This document shows positions 9,704 through 19,612 of a DNA stretch of 64,000 nucleotides, piece by piece. How positions within the stretch are numbered: the first letter of the stretch is position 1; each line of letters starts with the position of its first letter. Source of the DNA: a virus (lineage: Duplodnaviria > Heunggongvirae > Uroviricota > Caudoviricetes > Crassvirales); the IMG/VR virus record IMGVR_UViG_2974729448_000001, positions 3,318-67,317 of that record; one strand, given 5' to 3'. Under the pieces are notes generated by a model that had not been told where the DNA came from, made no database searches, and saw nothing but the letters and a program-made list of their open reading frames with translations. A program made the position numbers and the translations under genes.

Positions 9704-10156
9704 TTAATTCAATTTGAATTGACTCTTAAGGTCTTCTATAATTTGATTGACCTCTTCCTTAGTGTAATAGTTAGATAAATCCCCTGCAATCTGCATATTG
9801 GATTTAATCTCAATACTATTAACCATTATATTACTGTTGGTCAGTGTATTATCACACTGACTGGCATCATCTACAATAGTAAATACAGAAGATTCAGTTA
9901 TTCTTGCATCATACTCTTTTGACCATGATGCTTCAAAACTATAATTACCAACTCTTGTGTTTCTTCCTTTTATTGTAAATTGAACTTGATTAGTATTCAG
10001 AATAATATAGTCTGTTACTTCAAGCCTTCTGCCATTATTATTCACATAAATAATAAGGTTACTTACTGTATCTAAATCTTCCTTAATGGGCACTCCATCA
10101 GCTATTTTAGTTATACTCCAAGTAACCTTAATATCATTTCCTCTTAAAATGTTCAT
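9704..10156 (-). CDS. stand-alone paralog of the giant fibre N-terminal domain
   Basis: 150-aa ORF. MNILRGNDIKVTWSITK...FTIKGRNTRVGNYSFEASWSKEYDAR aligns with MEIVKGNDIKVVWAITK...FTIKGSVQRTGEYSFEVSYSKSYDAR at the N-terminus of ORF 4357..9702. Also shares the DLSNYYTK motif. Confidence 0.5.
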   Translation of the reverse strand: MNILRGNDIKVTWSITKIADGVPIKEDLDTVSNLIIYVNNNGRRLEVTDYIILNTNQVQFTIKGRNTRVGNYSFEASWSKEYDARITESSVFTIVDDASQCDNTLTNSNIMVNSIEIKSNMQIAGDLSNYYTKEEVNQIIEDLKSQFKLN

Positions 10157-10620
10157 GCTGTTGGGTCATCTACAATACTACCATCTGACTTAATAACTAC
10201 TGGTATACTGGTATCATCTATTAAGAAAAGAGTTCCTCCTGTTATAACTCCTGAAGGATTCTTAACAAGCTCTAAGCTTTTTACACTCTTAGAAAATGTT
10301 GCCCATACATTATAAAATTCTACTCCACCAGATACAGGTTTAGTAAGATTAGTTCTCATCTCACCTACATCTTGCATATCTTCATCTGTATAGTCATTAG
10401 TAGATAATCCCTTACCTTCTACAGCCTTTACAGCATCAGTAATTCCATAACCTTCTAAGGTTGTAGGCTTGTCAGTTACATCATTAAAAGATATAGAACT
10501 GTCCTCACCTAAGACAGTCCATTTTCCATTATTAAAATACCTTGCAGTACCTTTATGTAACCACAGCATATTGGTTGGTACTGGATAAGGTGATATTGCT
10601 ATTCCATTTAAACTTTTCAT
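10153..10620 (-). CDS. tail fibre protein carrying phage tail-fibre repeat motif
   Basis: 155-aa ORF containing DKPTTLEGYGITDA, the conserved phage tail-fibre repeat (xPTTLxGYGITD). Confidence 0.55.
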   Translation of the reverse strand: MKSLNGIAISPYPVPTNMLWLHKGTARYFNNGKWTVLGEDSSISFNDVTDKPTTLEGYGITDAVKAVEGKGLSTNDYTDEDMQDVGEMRTNLTKPVSGGVEFYNVWATFSKSVKSLELVKNPSGVITGGTLFLIDDTSIPVVIKSDGSIVDDPTA

Positions 10621-10624
10621 ATTA

Positions 10625-13048
10625 TTATTTATTAGTAGTACTTGGTTTTTTCTTTAAAGCCTGTCTTTTAATACTTGCATCAGTTCTTGCCTTTTCTTTA
10701 TCAAGTTCTAATTTTTGCTTATCAAGCTTTAGTTTCTCATCAAATTCTCTTATTTTCTCTTCAAGAGAAGCCTTAGCTTCTTCAGAAAATTCATCTGGGC
10801 TAATACCATCTCCTTCTATGTCATTCTTTGACAGTTGAGCTACAATAATTTTAGTTTGATTATCTCTTATATTAGCCTGCTCTTTTTGTTCTAATTCAGC
10901 CTGTTTCTGTTGCAGTTGAGCTTGAGCTACCTGTTGTTGAGCTTCAAGTTGTTGCTGTTGTTGCTGAGACTGTCTTTCTCTAATATCTCTCTCATCTTTT
11001 TCAATAAGTCTCTGTTTTTCTGCAAGAGATGAAGAGGTATAAAGCTTAGTAATAGTAGAGAAGGATAATGTCTGAGTTTGAAGAGCTGCTTGAGCTAATG
11101 TATCAAGCTTAGCTTGAAGTTCCTGTGTTCCATTACTATTATCCACAACCAAACCATAATCTGCTTCAGAGAATTCATCACCATCAATCTCCATTATTCT
11201 GGTTGATGTATCAGATAATATATACTGAAACTTCTTACTTCTTCCTTTCATTGCTACTTTAGCTGTTTCAAGAAATGCTTCAAGTACTCTCTTTTTAACA
11301 TCATCATGAATTACAAATAACCATTCAGTAATATGACTTGATTGCAAAGTAGCTCTTTCTACTCCTCCAACAGTTTCTCTATTAGATATCTGACCCTCTC
11401 TTTGCTTTGTAATACCTACAACTTCAGACATTTCCATCTTAATAAATTCAAGCAGATTTATCTGTTGCTGTATATAGTTTCCTATGTTAGTTTCTAACAT
11501 ACCTCTACTTGCATTATTAAGACCTCCTGCAAGTTTTCCAGTGGCAGCACCTATATTACCTTCCTTGAAACTATCAACTACTGCAATATGATTGGTTCTT
11601 GCAAAATATATCCATTTCTCAACTTCCCAACCTCTTGGAATCTTAGCTAAATCAAGTTCAAGAATTGAACCCCAATTTGAAGCAATAGCCTTATTTAATC
11701 TATCATGAATTGCATCATATAAATAGTTATAAGGTTTCATCATATCTACAAGAGAGAAAGGTTTAGTATCATTTAGATTATATACTGAACCAATAATACC
11801 AAAGTGGCATCTTGATGGGTTACTTAGCCTATTATATTGAATAACTCTTGGACCCATATCAATAAATATACCATCCTTTGCATCTCCAATTAGTGTACCT
11901 TGCCAAGCTTCATTTATCCAGAATGATTGTGACTCCTCTCCTTTATCCTTATCTATAACATAATTTTCAGGATAGAAATCATAAGTTTCTTCTCCTGTTT
12001 GAGGGTCATAAGACTTAACCTTTAATATTTTCTTTTTAGATTTCCAGTATAACCTAAGTACTCTCAAGTTTCCTGCAAGGTCATAAGGGAGCAAAGAGCC
12101 AGCTATTCCCTCAGAGAATAATCCAGCAGGGTCAAAAAAGTAAGAACCCCCAGATACAGTTACTTCATCTCCCATCATACTTGGATTAACAAACTCAAAT
12201 CTTTCATCCATATTATCCATGCTATCAGCAGCAGCTTGACCTACATGGTCTGGAAGATTCTCTATATACTCTATATCCTTTTTAGTAAGAGAATCATAAT
12301 ATGTATCAATTACCCTTCCTGGACTCCAGTAATCTTCAAGTATAATAATATCTGCATCCTCAATCTTGTTACTGTATCCACTCTTGAATACTCTAATCTT
12401 TAGAGGATTAATTCTTTCAATGGTAGGCTCACCTCCTACAATATCACATTGATAAATCTCTTCACCAACTGTCATTGCATCCATAAAGCCTTGATTGAAT
12501 ATTAATGGAATATTATATTCCTTAATATAGTGATTAAGTAGGGCATTAGCTCTTATTTCCCTTAAATCCTGCCATTCATAGGTATAATAATCATTAAGCT
12601 TTTCAAGCTTATTGTTAAAGTCATCCTCTGAAATAGAGTCATCTCTCATAAGCTCCTGAAGGTCCTGTAATAGAGCATTCTTCTTGTTAGTCTCTATCTC
12701 AGATATTGCAGTTGGGTTTGTAACTACTACTCTAAAATCAAAAACTCTTTTTGATTCTTCACCCTTAAGCACATTAAGCTTACTATTAATTATAGGATAA
12801 TGTTGTAGTCTCTCAGGTATATAACCTGCCTTAATATCATCAGGATTAATGATAATCTCAAGGTCTTGCATATGCAATTTTCCATTCAATAAATCATAGT
12901 TTATTTTCTTATGAATTACTGACTTTCTTACCAGATTATAATTAAAGAATGTCTTTTGGTTTGCCCATAACAGACAGTCCTTTCTCCATTGCTTAGTTTT
13001 CTTAGAGAAAGGAAGCATCTGTCTGGGAAAGTTTATATTATCTGCCAT
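10625..13048 (-). CDS. portal protein (candidate)
   Basis: 807-aa ORF immediately downstream of terminase large subunit. Size typical of portals of large podo/crAss-like phages. Q-rich C-terminal coiled coil. Assignment mainly positional. Confidence 0.5.
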   Translation of the reverse strand: MADNINFPRQMLPFSKKTKQWRKDCLLWANQKTFFNYNLVRKSVIHKKINYDLLNGKLHMQDLEIIINPDDIKAGYIPERLQHYPIINSKLNVLKGEESKRVFDFRVVVTNPTAISEIETNKKNALLQDLQELMRDDSISEDDFNNKLEKLNDYYTYEWQDLREIRANALLNHYIKEYNIPLIFNQGFMDAMTVGEEIYQCDIVGGEPTIERINPLKIRVFKSGYSNKIEDADIIILEDYWSPGRVIDTYYDSLTKKDIEYIENLPDHVGQAAADSMDNMDERFEFVNPSMMGDEVTVSGGSYFFDPAGLFSEGIAGSLLPYDLAGNLRVLRLYWKSKKKILKVKSYDPQTGEETYDFYPENYVIDKDKGEESQSFWINEAWQGTLIGDAKDGIFIDMGPRVIQYNRLSNPSRCHFGIIGSVYNLNDTKPFSLVDMMKPYNYLYDAIHDRLNKAIASNWGSILELDLAKIPRGWEVEKWIYFARTNHIAVVDSFKEGNIGAATGKLAGGLNNASRGMLETNIGNYIQQQINLLEFIKMEMSEVVGITKQREGQISNRETVGGVERATLQSSHITEWLFVIHDDVKKRVLEAFLETAKVAMKGRSKKFQYILSDTSTRIMEIDGDEFSEADYGLVVDNSNGTQELQAKLDTLAQAALQTQTLSFSTITKLYTSSSLAEKQRLIEKDERDIRERQSQQQQQQLEAQQQVAQAQLQQKQAELEQKEQANIRDNQTKIIVAQLSKNDIEGDGISPDEFSEEAKASLEEKIREFDEKLKLDKQKLELDKEKARTDASIKRQALKKKPSTTNK

Positions 13049-13120
13049 AGTCTTCCATATTTAATTTTATCACAAAAGTAAGTAAAAATCTTCACTTAAC
13101 CAAGCATATAAGTGATTTCT

Positions 13121-15376
13121 TTATTTAAATGCTCCATTCAAACTAAATTTACTGAATTTATTGGGATTCTTATAATTGACAGTAAAGAATCTATCATTCC
13201 CTAAATAATCCTTTGGTACTTCTTCTGAATCCTTTGAAGGGTTTCCATTATACAATATCATCTTCTCCTCTCTATACAACATAACCATACCTAATGCCCT
13301 AATTCTATCCACATTTATCTCTGGATTAAATGCAATTAACTCTTCAATTAATGCCCTGTTCCTTAGGTTAAATAGATTATATGTAGTAACTTCCTGAACT
13401 TCTGCTTCACCTTGAATAGTAAATGTAACAGGCTTCATTAACCAATCTCTAATAAGACTATTAGCATACATATTAATGGCTGCTGTAGCATTAACACCTT
13501 TCTGGTTACTACCAAAGTTGCTGTATTTAATAAGCTGTTTGTCTCTTAAATATTCAGGAGTATCAGCAAGTAAATGAGTACAATTCATTTTCTTAAAATA
13601 AGCAAAGATACCCTTCTTATTTGATTCATATAGACAGTTTGCATTATAAAATAAACATAATAGTCTTACTATTTCAAAGTTATCATCTGCAAATGCTTGT
13701 CTACCAGTATATTCAGCCACAATCTTATCAGTCCATAAGTCAAGGACAAAAGTAGATGATAAAGAAGAAGACTCTGCTTGGTCATTATCTACAGGGTCAT
13801 GTCCAATAATATATCTTGTATGGGGAACCTTACCACTTCTATCCTTCTGAGGCATTTCAAAGATTTCTATAGCACCTGGAGTGTCATTCTCAACTCCATA
13901 TTTTCTAATTGGAATATCATCAGTTGGAATGAACTCTACCTCTTCCTTTCCTTGAACTAACTTACCTACATACACATCATCAAAAGCATGTACATCTTGG
14001 TCTAATTGACTCAATCTTTCTGTAAGAGAAGTAATAGGATAATAAGCTGCTTTAACCTTAATAATAGCTTCTGCTGGTGTAATAGGGTCCTCAGCAATTA
14101 CTCTAAGTACTGATTGGGGGTCTGCACTATACTTAGCTTTATGTCTTGCAAGAAGTATTTCTATTAAAGCTTTAACTACGTCAGATACTCCATCTTCATT
14201 ATAACACCCTGCCCTATTAATATAAGCAGGAAAAAAGTACCCAAAAGTAGATTTACCCTGTTTTGGTTTATCATATACATTCTCAAGAGCATATATATTA
14301 TACCCTTCTGGATAATATAATAGTGTTTTAGCAGAAGTAAAATCTGATTCTTTTTCACTTGCAGTACCTACAAGATACTGACATGCAAAAGTATAGTCTC
14401 CATCCTCTACTGACTTTCTTGTTACATCATATAAAGAAAGAAGGTCTTTAAAATTACCCATTTCTTCATATAATATCCAACCTCTCTTACCTCTTAACTT
14501 ACCAGAATCATCCTTAGCTGATACAGCCATTACTTGATTTAATGAACCCTTCTCAATGCCATATTCATCTTTATAACCCATCTGCCAAGACATCTCATTA
14601 GGAGAGTTCTTTAACATAAGATGAGGAAAAGGAGTATTAGCAAATACAAAGTTAATTGCAGGTTTAAACTTGGATAAGGTACCATCCTTATCATCCTTCA
14701 AGTATTCCTTTTGATAAGCTGTAAGTACAGTAATAACCCTTCTTTTAGATTCCTCACTTTCTCCAAGTATAAGGTTATGTCCCATAATTGCAGAAAGGGA
14801 ATATGATTTACCACAACCTCTCTTTGCAAGTTCAATACCATGGTGACCTTTCTCTCTTGCTTGATATAAGTAATGGAATCTCCAATCTATACCTTCAAAA
14901 AAGAATGGAAAGGACTCCTTTCTAATGGCTTTCTTCCTTCCTTTCTCTACTACATTGACAAGCATTGGCTGATAATTAAGAAGCCAATAATGATAACCTG
15001 AAACCCAAGCACCATCAGATTCTCTAACATAACCCTCCCAACATCTTCTTCTTTCTTCATCCCAAAACTTTCTGTACTCAGAGTTGGGATTACTATTAGG
15101 CTTTAGAAAGGTATAACATCCATGATTCATATAATGAATGGCTGCCTGTCTAAAGTAATTGGCATCTGTCATTATAGGAGGATTGGTCACATCTACAATA
15201 GCTCTTCCCTTTTCATCTCTTGGCAAATCTTTATAATAAGGTCTATCAGGAGCTATAAGTCTCTTAATAAATTCTACACTTCCAAGAATTTCAAGTAATT
15301 GCTCCTGAACCTCCTGAGGAAGAGAGTTCATCAGTTCCTCAGTAAGTTCAGTTTGATATTTATTCATCTGAATCAT
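13121..15376 (-). CDS. terL: terminase large subunit
   Basis: ORF track 13121..15505. First 43 codons look non-coding (hydrophobic nonsense) so the start is placed at the internal Met (MIQMNKYQ). Walker A AKRGCGKSYS, Walker B-like WILYEEMG, nuclease motif IIGHDPVDND. Confidence 0.75.
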   Translation of the reverse strand: MIQMNKYQTELTEELMNSLPQEVQEQLLEILGSVEFIKRLIAPDRPYYKDLPRDEKGRAIVDVTNPPIMTDANYFRQAAIHYMNHGCYTFLKPNSNPNSEYRKFWDEERRRCWEGYVRESDGAWVSGYHYWLLNYQPMLVNVVEKGRKKAIRKESFPFFFEGIDWRFHYLYQAREKGHHGIELAKRGCGKSYSLSAIMGHNLILGESEESKRRVITVLTAYQKEYLKDDKDGTLSKFKPAINFVFANTPFPHLMLKNSPNEMSWQMGYKDEYGIEKGSLNQVMAVSAKDDSGKLRGKRGWILYEEMGNFKDLLSLYDVTRKSVEDGDYTFACQYLVGTASEKESDFTSAKTLLYYPEGYNIYALENVYDKPKQGKSTFGYFFPAYINRAGCYNEDGVSDVVKALIEILLARHKAKYSADPQSVLRVIAEDPITPAEAIIKVKAAYYPITSLTERLSQLDQDVHAFDDVYVGKLVQGKEEVEFIPTDDIPIRKYGVENDTPGAIEIFEMPQKDRSGKVPHTRYIIGHDPVDNDQAESSSLSSTFVLDLWTDKIVAEYTGRQAFADDNFEIVRLLCLFYNANCLYESNKKGIFAYFKKMNCTHLLADTPEYLRDKQLIKYSNFGSNQKGVNATAAINMYANSLIRDWLMKPVTFTIQGEAEVQEVTTYNLFNLRNRALIEELIAFNPEINVDRIRALGMVMLYREEKMILYNGNPSKDSEEVPKDYLGNDRFFTVNYKNPNKFSKFSLNGAFK

Positions 15377-15680
15377 AGCACAACTCCTTAAATTTTTCTT
15401 TATTAATATACTCCAGAAGAGATTTGGTAATAGCAGTGGTAAGGAGAGACATAACTTTACTCTCTTCTGTATCAACAATAATTCTACCAGAATACTCAGC
15501 ACCAAATGCAGGAATTCTCTCCTTCTTATTTACAAACCAAACCTGTATTCTATAAGTCTTTTGTGACTTAACTACAGGATTAGTATCTATTATCTTATGT
15601 AATACAAAGTACCCTTTCTTTCTATTAGAAAAGGATTCATAATAAATATTAAGTCCTTCTATTATATCATTTATTTCCAT
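15360..15680 (-). CDS. hypothetical protein (possible small terminase subunit by position only)
   Basis: 106-aa ORF directly upstream of terL with slight overlap. Confidence 0.25.
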   Translation of the reverse strand: MEINDIIEGLNIYYESFSNRKKGYFVLHKIIDTNPVVKSQKTYRIQVWFVNKKERIPAFGAEYSGRIIVDTEESKVMSLLTTAITKSLLEYINKEKFKELCYDSDE

Positions 15681-15682
15681 AA

Positions 15683-16225
15683 TTACAAGTCCTCATAAAT
15701 TGCTTTTTCCTGTGCTCCTCTTACCTTATCATTTTGTGCAAGTTCCTTAACAAGTGCCCTTTCAGCCTCATCAAGGTCTTTAATTAAAGAAGGAATTTGT
15801 TTAATAGTAGCTGTCACTGTATTTAAGGTATATACAGGCTTGCCTTTATCATCTTCTTTGGTAAGGTCAATATCTCTTAGTAACTGCCTCAATTTATCTA
15901 CTGCAAGTCTTGTATCTTCAAGAAGTAAGGCTGAAGTTGTCTTAAAACTTGCATATAACTTCATAGCCTCCTTAACAGTACTATCAGGCTCCCAACTTGG
16001 TTTTAAACCTTCTCCTTCTTTAATAGCTTTAGACCTTTCCTCTCTGTCAACTATGTATTGATAATCACTTCTGGGGTCCTCCATGAAATAGCAATACCCA
16101 AGTTCCATTATAGCTCTTTCTTTTGATGCTGACTTATCTCTGTTCCACACTTGTCTAAATGCCTTAAGTGCAAAAGCCTCTTCTGAGATTGTCATGTTAT
16201 AACCTTCATATCTAAATAACTTCAT
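15683..16225 (-). CDS. hypothetical protein
   Basis: 180-aa ORF, first gene after the terminator. Confidence 0.4.
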   Translation of the reverse strand: MKLFRYEGYNMTISEEAFALKAFRQVWNRDKSASKERAIMELGYCYFMEDPRSDYQYIVDREERSKAIKEGEGLKPSWEPDSTVKEAMKLYASFKTTSALLLEDTRLAVDKLRQLLRDIDLTKEDDKGKPVYTLNTVTATIKQIPSLIKDLDEAERALVKELAQNDKVRGAQEKAIYEDL

Positions 16226-16230
16226 ATACT

Positions 16231-16266
16231 AAAATAAAAAAAAAAGCCCGCCTTAATAGGCAGGCT
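16231..16266 (-). terminator. intrinsic terminator (GC-rich hairpin + T-run on minus strand; A-run on plus strand, possibly bidirectional)
   Basis: AGCCCGCC-TTAATA-GGCAGGCT hairpin (16245..16266) abutting an A15 tract (16231..16245) in a ~30% GC genome. Sits between gene 16272..16688 and 15683..16225. Confidence 0.55.
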
Positions 16267-16271
16267 TAAAA

Positions 16272-16688
16272 TTAGTTTAATTCAAGCTTAGGAGTATCAA
16301 CCACAATGGTTGGATTTTCATTAAACTCCTCAATCTCTGCAACAAATTTAACATCACCATCTTGAATCATCATATGTTCTACTCCATCAATATCCATGAT
16401 GTCAAACTTGTATCCTATTACAGGGTTATCCTTAATAACCCCATCTTGCAGTGAACCAGGTTTATGTTGCATTACTGCATATCTTTTAGGATTGATATAT
16501 ACAATATCACCTACTTCAATACCTCTTACCATTGGTCCAACAGCTACTACTGTCTGATACTCTTTTACTGAACCAGCTCTGGTACTATCTATAATACCTC
16601 CTGTAGTCTTTAGGTCAGTAGGATACTTATTTAATGTGACTACCATGTTATTAAACATGGGTTTAACTTTCTTGATTGTTGTAATCAT
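16272..16688 (-). CDS. hypothetical protein
   Basis: 138-aa ORF. Confidence 0.4.
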   Translation of the reverse strand: MITTIKKVKPMFNNMVVTLNKYPTDLKTTGGIIDSTRAGSVKEYQTVVAVGPMVRGIEVGDIVYINPKRYAVMQHKPGSLQDGVIKDNPVIGYKFDIMDIDGVEHMMIQDGDVKFVAEIEEFNENPTIVVDTPKLELN

Positions 16689-16891
16689 AGCTTTATTTTT
16701 AAATCTTTCAATCTATATTCAAGAGCCTCTTTATATACTCTCATTCCTGTAAGTTGCTGTATCATACTAATATACTGTACTTTACCTACTTTTTCTTGAA
16801 AGTTATCAGTAGATAAGGCAGTTTCTAATTTAGAAACTCTTTCATCTAACTGTTTATATTCTTCTACTAATCTAACTTTGAAATCTTCCAT
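16685..16891 (-). CDS. hypothetical small coiled-coil protein
   Basis: 68-aa ORF, overlapping start/stop with neighbours. Confidence 0.35.
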   Translation of the reverse strand: MEDFKVRLVEEYKQLDERVSKLETALSTDNFQEKVGKVQYISMIQQLTGMRVYKEALEYRLKDLKIKL

Positions 16892-17150
16892 CTCTTAACT
16901 TCTTTATATGTTTAAACTTCTTCTTTACTCCTATCATTCTATCATAAGTACATGATAGTTTACCTATTGAAGGTATATTAAAGTTAGTTCTTAACTTATC
17001 AAACTCTTCTTTAGTTAGGTCTTCCTTTAGTGGCAAGGATTTTATGGACTCTCTTATGAACTTCCAGTAAGATTCATAGGCTTCTTTTACCACTTCTACT
17101 GGTATTTCAAGTTCATTAGACACTTGTTTTAATGCTTCTGAATATATCAT
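16872..17150 (-). CDS. hypothetical protein
   Basis: 92-aa ORF. Confidence 0.35.
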   Translation of the reverse strand: MIYSEALKQVSNELEIPVEVVKEAYESYWKFIRESIKSLPLKEDLTKEEFDKLRTNFNIPSIGKLSCTYDRMIGVKKKFKHIKKLRDGRFQS

Positions 17151-17530
17151 TGAAACTCAAAGAATAACATTAATTTAAATGAACCTGTACTTTCATCCAT
17201 ATTAGGAATAAACTTTGGATTAATCTTTCCATCAATAATAACCCTATTCTTTCTAAACTTACCCATGATTACTTGAAAATGAGCTGGAGAAATATTACAT
17301 TCTTCTCTGACTTTTCTCTTAGTATCTTCATTCATTGTAATCTGGTCAAGTACCTCTGGGTCAGTTATAACCTTACTTAACTTATGTCTTATTCTTACAA
17401 AAGCTGTTATAACTTCCATTTCTCTTTCTGTAAGATTATGAAATGGTTGTAGAAACTCAAACCAATATTTAAAGAAATTCCCATCAGCCTTGCAAGGAAT
17501 CCTAATTACTCCATCTGCTCCCTTGCCCAT
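17147..17530 (-). CDS. hypothetical protein
   Basis: 127-aa ORF. Confidence 0.4.
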   Translation of the reverse strand: MGKGADGVIRIPCKADGNFFKYWFEFLQPFHNLTEREMEVITAFVRIRHKLSKVITDPEVLDQITMNEDTKRKVREECNISPAHFQVIMGKFRKNRVIIDGKINPKFIPNMDESTGSFKLMLFFEFQ

Positions 17531-17539
17531 ACTACCTCC

Positions 17540-17848
17540 TTATTCTTTATTCTCTTCAGGAGAATCTACTTGTTCTGTTGGTTCTGCCATAAGAGACTGA
17601 AATTCAGCAGCACATTTTTTGATAAAATCTCTATCCAAAGGTACCTCAGGAGTAGAGGTAATAATTCTCCATAGCCATTCAAGTCTCTTGAAGAAGTTAG
17701 ATAGATTGGCTTCCTCTAAACTCTTAGCAAGTTGCTGATTCTGTAAATATAACTGTCTTGATTGCTCTGAAACCTGATGTAGAGCATTCTTTAATTCCTC
17801 TTCATTAAGAGGTTGTCTCATCTTTAATGCTGATGTATCTTTATCCAT
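17540..17848 (-). CDS. hypothetical protein
   Basis: 102-aa ORF. Confidence 0.35.
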   Translation of the reverse strand: MDKDTSALKMRQPLNEEELKNALHQVSEQSRQLYLQNQQLAKSLEEANLSNFFKRLEWLWRIITSTPEVPLDRDFIKKCAAEFQSLMAEPTEQVDSPEENKE

Positions 17849-18059
17849 TTTTATTATTTGTTAAATAACTTCCACCATATCTTTGTCCATATAACTTCTC
17901 CCAAGCAAATATACTGGAAGAATCCATCTCTGTACCTCCACACTTAGTACAGTAGTCAGTTCCATCTGCACTTCTTATTGCTAAAGATAGGCAATGATGG
18001 CAATAGACAACTGGTTCAGCATTATAATCAACCTTATTTTTGTCTTCTCCCTTATCCAT
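17841..18059 (-). CDS. small zinc-ribbon protein
   Basis: 72-aa ORF with CHHC...C(x2)C spacing (CHHCLS...CTKCGG). Confidence 0.35.
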   Translation of the reverse strand: MDKGEDKNKVDYNAEPVVYCHHCLSLAIRSADGTDYCTKCGGTEMDSSSIFAWEKLYGQRYGGSYLTNNKNG

Positions 18060-18233
18060 AATATTGCTTAGTTATAATATACTAAATATATCTGTCCTCC
18101 TAAAGGAAACATACTAACAATGTCCTCCTTCTTAATATCAAGCTCTATAGCTTGTTTTATAACATCTCTGACTGTTGCACCTACAACAGCAGTAATTACT
18201 TTTCTACTCATTCTTATTATACTTAATTAATTG

Positions 18234-18304
18234 GGGGCAAGCAAGGAGTCGAACCTTATCTTTAGCCTATGAAACTAATATGCTACCATTACACCAACTT
18301 GCAA
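18234..18304 (-). tRNA. tRNA-Met/Ile2-like (anticodon CAU)
   Basis: Hand fold on minus strand: D-arm GTGT/AATGGTA/GCAT, anticodon stem TTAGT/GCTAA, loop TTCATAG, T-arm TAAGG-TTCGACT-CCTTG. Acceptor pairs imperfectly at positions 1-2, so ends are +/-2 nt. Confidence 0.5.
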
Positions 18305-18305
18305 G

Positions 18306-18377
18306 AGCAGGTAGAGAGAATTGAACTCTCATCAAAAGATTGGAAATCTTCTACACTAACCATTGTGCTACACCTGC
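18306..18377 (-). tRNA. tRNA-Gly (anticodon UCC)
   Basis: Acceptor GCAGGTG/TACCTGC, D-arm GCAC..GTGT, anticodon stem GAAGA/TCTTT with loop TTTCCAA, T-arm GAGAG-TTCAATT-CTCTC. Confidence 0.6.
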
Positions 18378-18382
18378 ATAAA

Positions 18383-18826
18383 TCATCCTTTACATAGTCT
18401 AAATAAGTACTTATACTTATTAATATTATGAATAAAGGTCTCAGTCTCACTTCTTAATCCAGCATTTACCTTATCAGAGGGTAAACTTTCATAAAAGTCT
18501 TCTACTTTAGGTAGCAATGAATGCAACATCATTGAACCATCTGTATCTTCAATAGCTATACCTTTTATATCATTTGGACCAAACTGACCATATATTCCTT
18601 GGCATTCCTCAGCTATGCTATCTTGATAATCACTTAATATCTCAAGAAATTCATCAAGTCTTTCATGTATATTCATTGCTGGGGCAGCCCAATGTAGATT
18701 CTTTGCTTTAGTTTTATAACCTTCAAGTATAGAAATATACTGTGTAAACTTCTTTAGTTTTGAAGTCTCTTCAATATGTTCTTCTTTAGAAATTAAAGGA
18801 GTATAATCTCCAAATATATTATCCAT
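18383..18826 (-). CDS. hypothetical protein
   Basis: 147-aa ORF lying inside the tRNA array. Confidence 0.4.
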   Translation of the reverse strand: MDNIFGDYTPLISKEEHIEETSKLKKFTQYISILEGYKTKAKNLHWAAPAMNIHERLDEFLEILSDYQDSIAEECQGIYGQFGPNDIKGIAIEDTDGSMMLHSLLPKVEDFYESLPSDKVNAGLRSETETFIHNINKYKYLFRLCKG

Positions 18827-18891
18827 AGTATTATTATTTAATAATGCAAATGTAAGTATTATAATCTACATATGCAAGTAATTTACAATAT

Positions 18892-19104
18892 TTATTTAGC
18901 CTCTTTTAAATCTTTAAATATATCTTCCAAGAAAGTAAGAGAGACTATAGTTCCAGCTATATCAGCTAAGAAGTTACTTAAGAACTCACTACTTCTACTC
19001 CTAAAGAGTCTTGACTCTACCTTTAATAATTCTTTGAAGATAGTAATCTGATTCCTGTTTAGTATCTCCTGATTTCTTATTATTAAGTCTAACTTGTCTT
19101 CCAT
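18892..19104 (-). CDS. hypothetical small protein
   Basis: 70-aa ORF inside tRNA array. Confidence 0.3.
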   Translation of the reverse strand: MEDKLDLIIRNQEILNRNQITIFKELLKVESRLFRSRSSEFLSNFLADIAGTIVSLTFLEDIFKDLKEAK

Positions 19105-19117
19105 AAATAGTTATTAG

Positions 19118-19191
19118 TACTGAGGGTAGGATTTGAACCTACTGTCTTGAGTGTATAAGACTCCTGCATTTACCACTTGTGCTACCTCAGC
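19118..19191 (-). tRNA. tRNA-Ile (anticodon UAU)
   Basis: Acceptor GCTGAGG/CCTCAGT, anticodon stem GGAGT/ACTCA (one mismatch) with loop CTTATAC, T-arm GTAGG-TTCAAAT-CCTAC. Confidence 0.5.
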
Positions 19192-19202
19192 TTGTATTAT
19201 AC

Positions 19203-19523
19203 TTAACCAGTATAACTTCTCCTACTTGCATCAGTAGGATTAATAATAGTTCCATTTATTTCAGTCCTGTCGACTTGTTCTACTTCCTTATTTTCAAACT
19301 CTATTTCAAACATATTAGATAAGGACTGAAACTCTGCCTTTCTACATTTTAAAGTACTCTCAAGAGTTCTTACTTCCTGTCTGGCTTTATCAAGACTTTC
19401 TTCTAAGTTTATTATATCATAATACTCTTTTATGATATATTCCTTAGCTTTAGTACTCATTAAATCTGGATGCTTAAAATGAACATCCTTTATTTTACTT
19501 TTATCTTCTACTTGTACCTTCAT
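19203..19523 (-). CDS. hypothetical coiled-coil protein
   Basis: 106-aa ORF inside tRNA array. Confidence 0.35.
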   Translation of the reverse strand: MKVQVEDKSKIKDVHFKHPDLMSTKAKEYIIKEYYDIINLEESLDKARQEVRTLESTLKCRKAEFQSLSNMFEIEFENKEVEQVDRTEINGTIINPTDASRRSYTG

Positions 19524-19537
19524 ATATTACTATTTTG

Positions 19538-19612
19538 CTGGGATGATAGGACTTGAACCTACTATCACCTGATTAACAGTCAGGGGCTGTATACCACTTA
19601 AGCTTCATCCCA
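19538..19612 (-). tRNA. tRNA-Asn (anticodon GUU)
   Basis: Acceptor TGGGATG/CATCCCA, anticodon stem CCTGA/TCAGG with loop CTGTTAA, T-arm GTAGG-TTCAAGT-CCTAT. Confidence 0.6.

Noticed and set aside
13121-15505. Possibility that the phage uses a recoded genetic code (TAG/TGA reassignment, common in crAss-like phages) with suppressor tRNAs
   Set aside because: Large conserved genes (terL, portal, polA, RNR, 1781-aa fibre) are intact in the standard code per the ORF track. None of the hand-folded tRNAs has a CUA, UCA or UUA anticodon. The only disrupted gene is explained by a homopolymer frameshift.
15377-15505. N-terminal 43 codons of the ORF-track terminase ORF
   Set aside because: They translate to hydrophobic nonsense (MVLSILVELLLIQKRVKLCLSLPLLLPNLFWSIL...) and overlap the upstream ORF. 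Start reassigned to the internal Met at 15376.
18306-18377. Initial reading of this tRNA as tRNA-Trp (CCA)
   Set aside because: On recounting the 7-nt loop TTTCCAA, positions 34-36 are UCC, so it is tRNA-Gly(UCC). Kept as a reminder that the hand-called anticodons need software confirmation.
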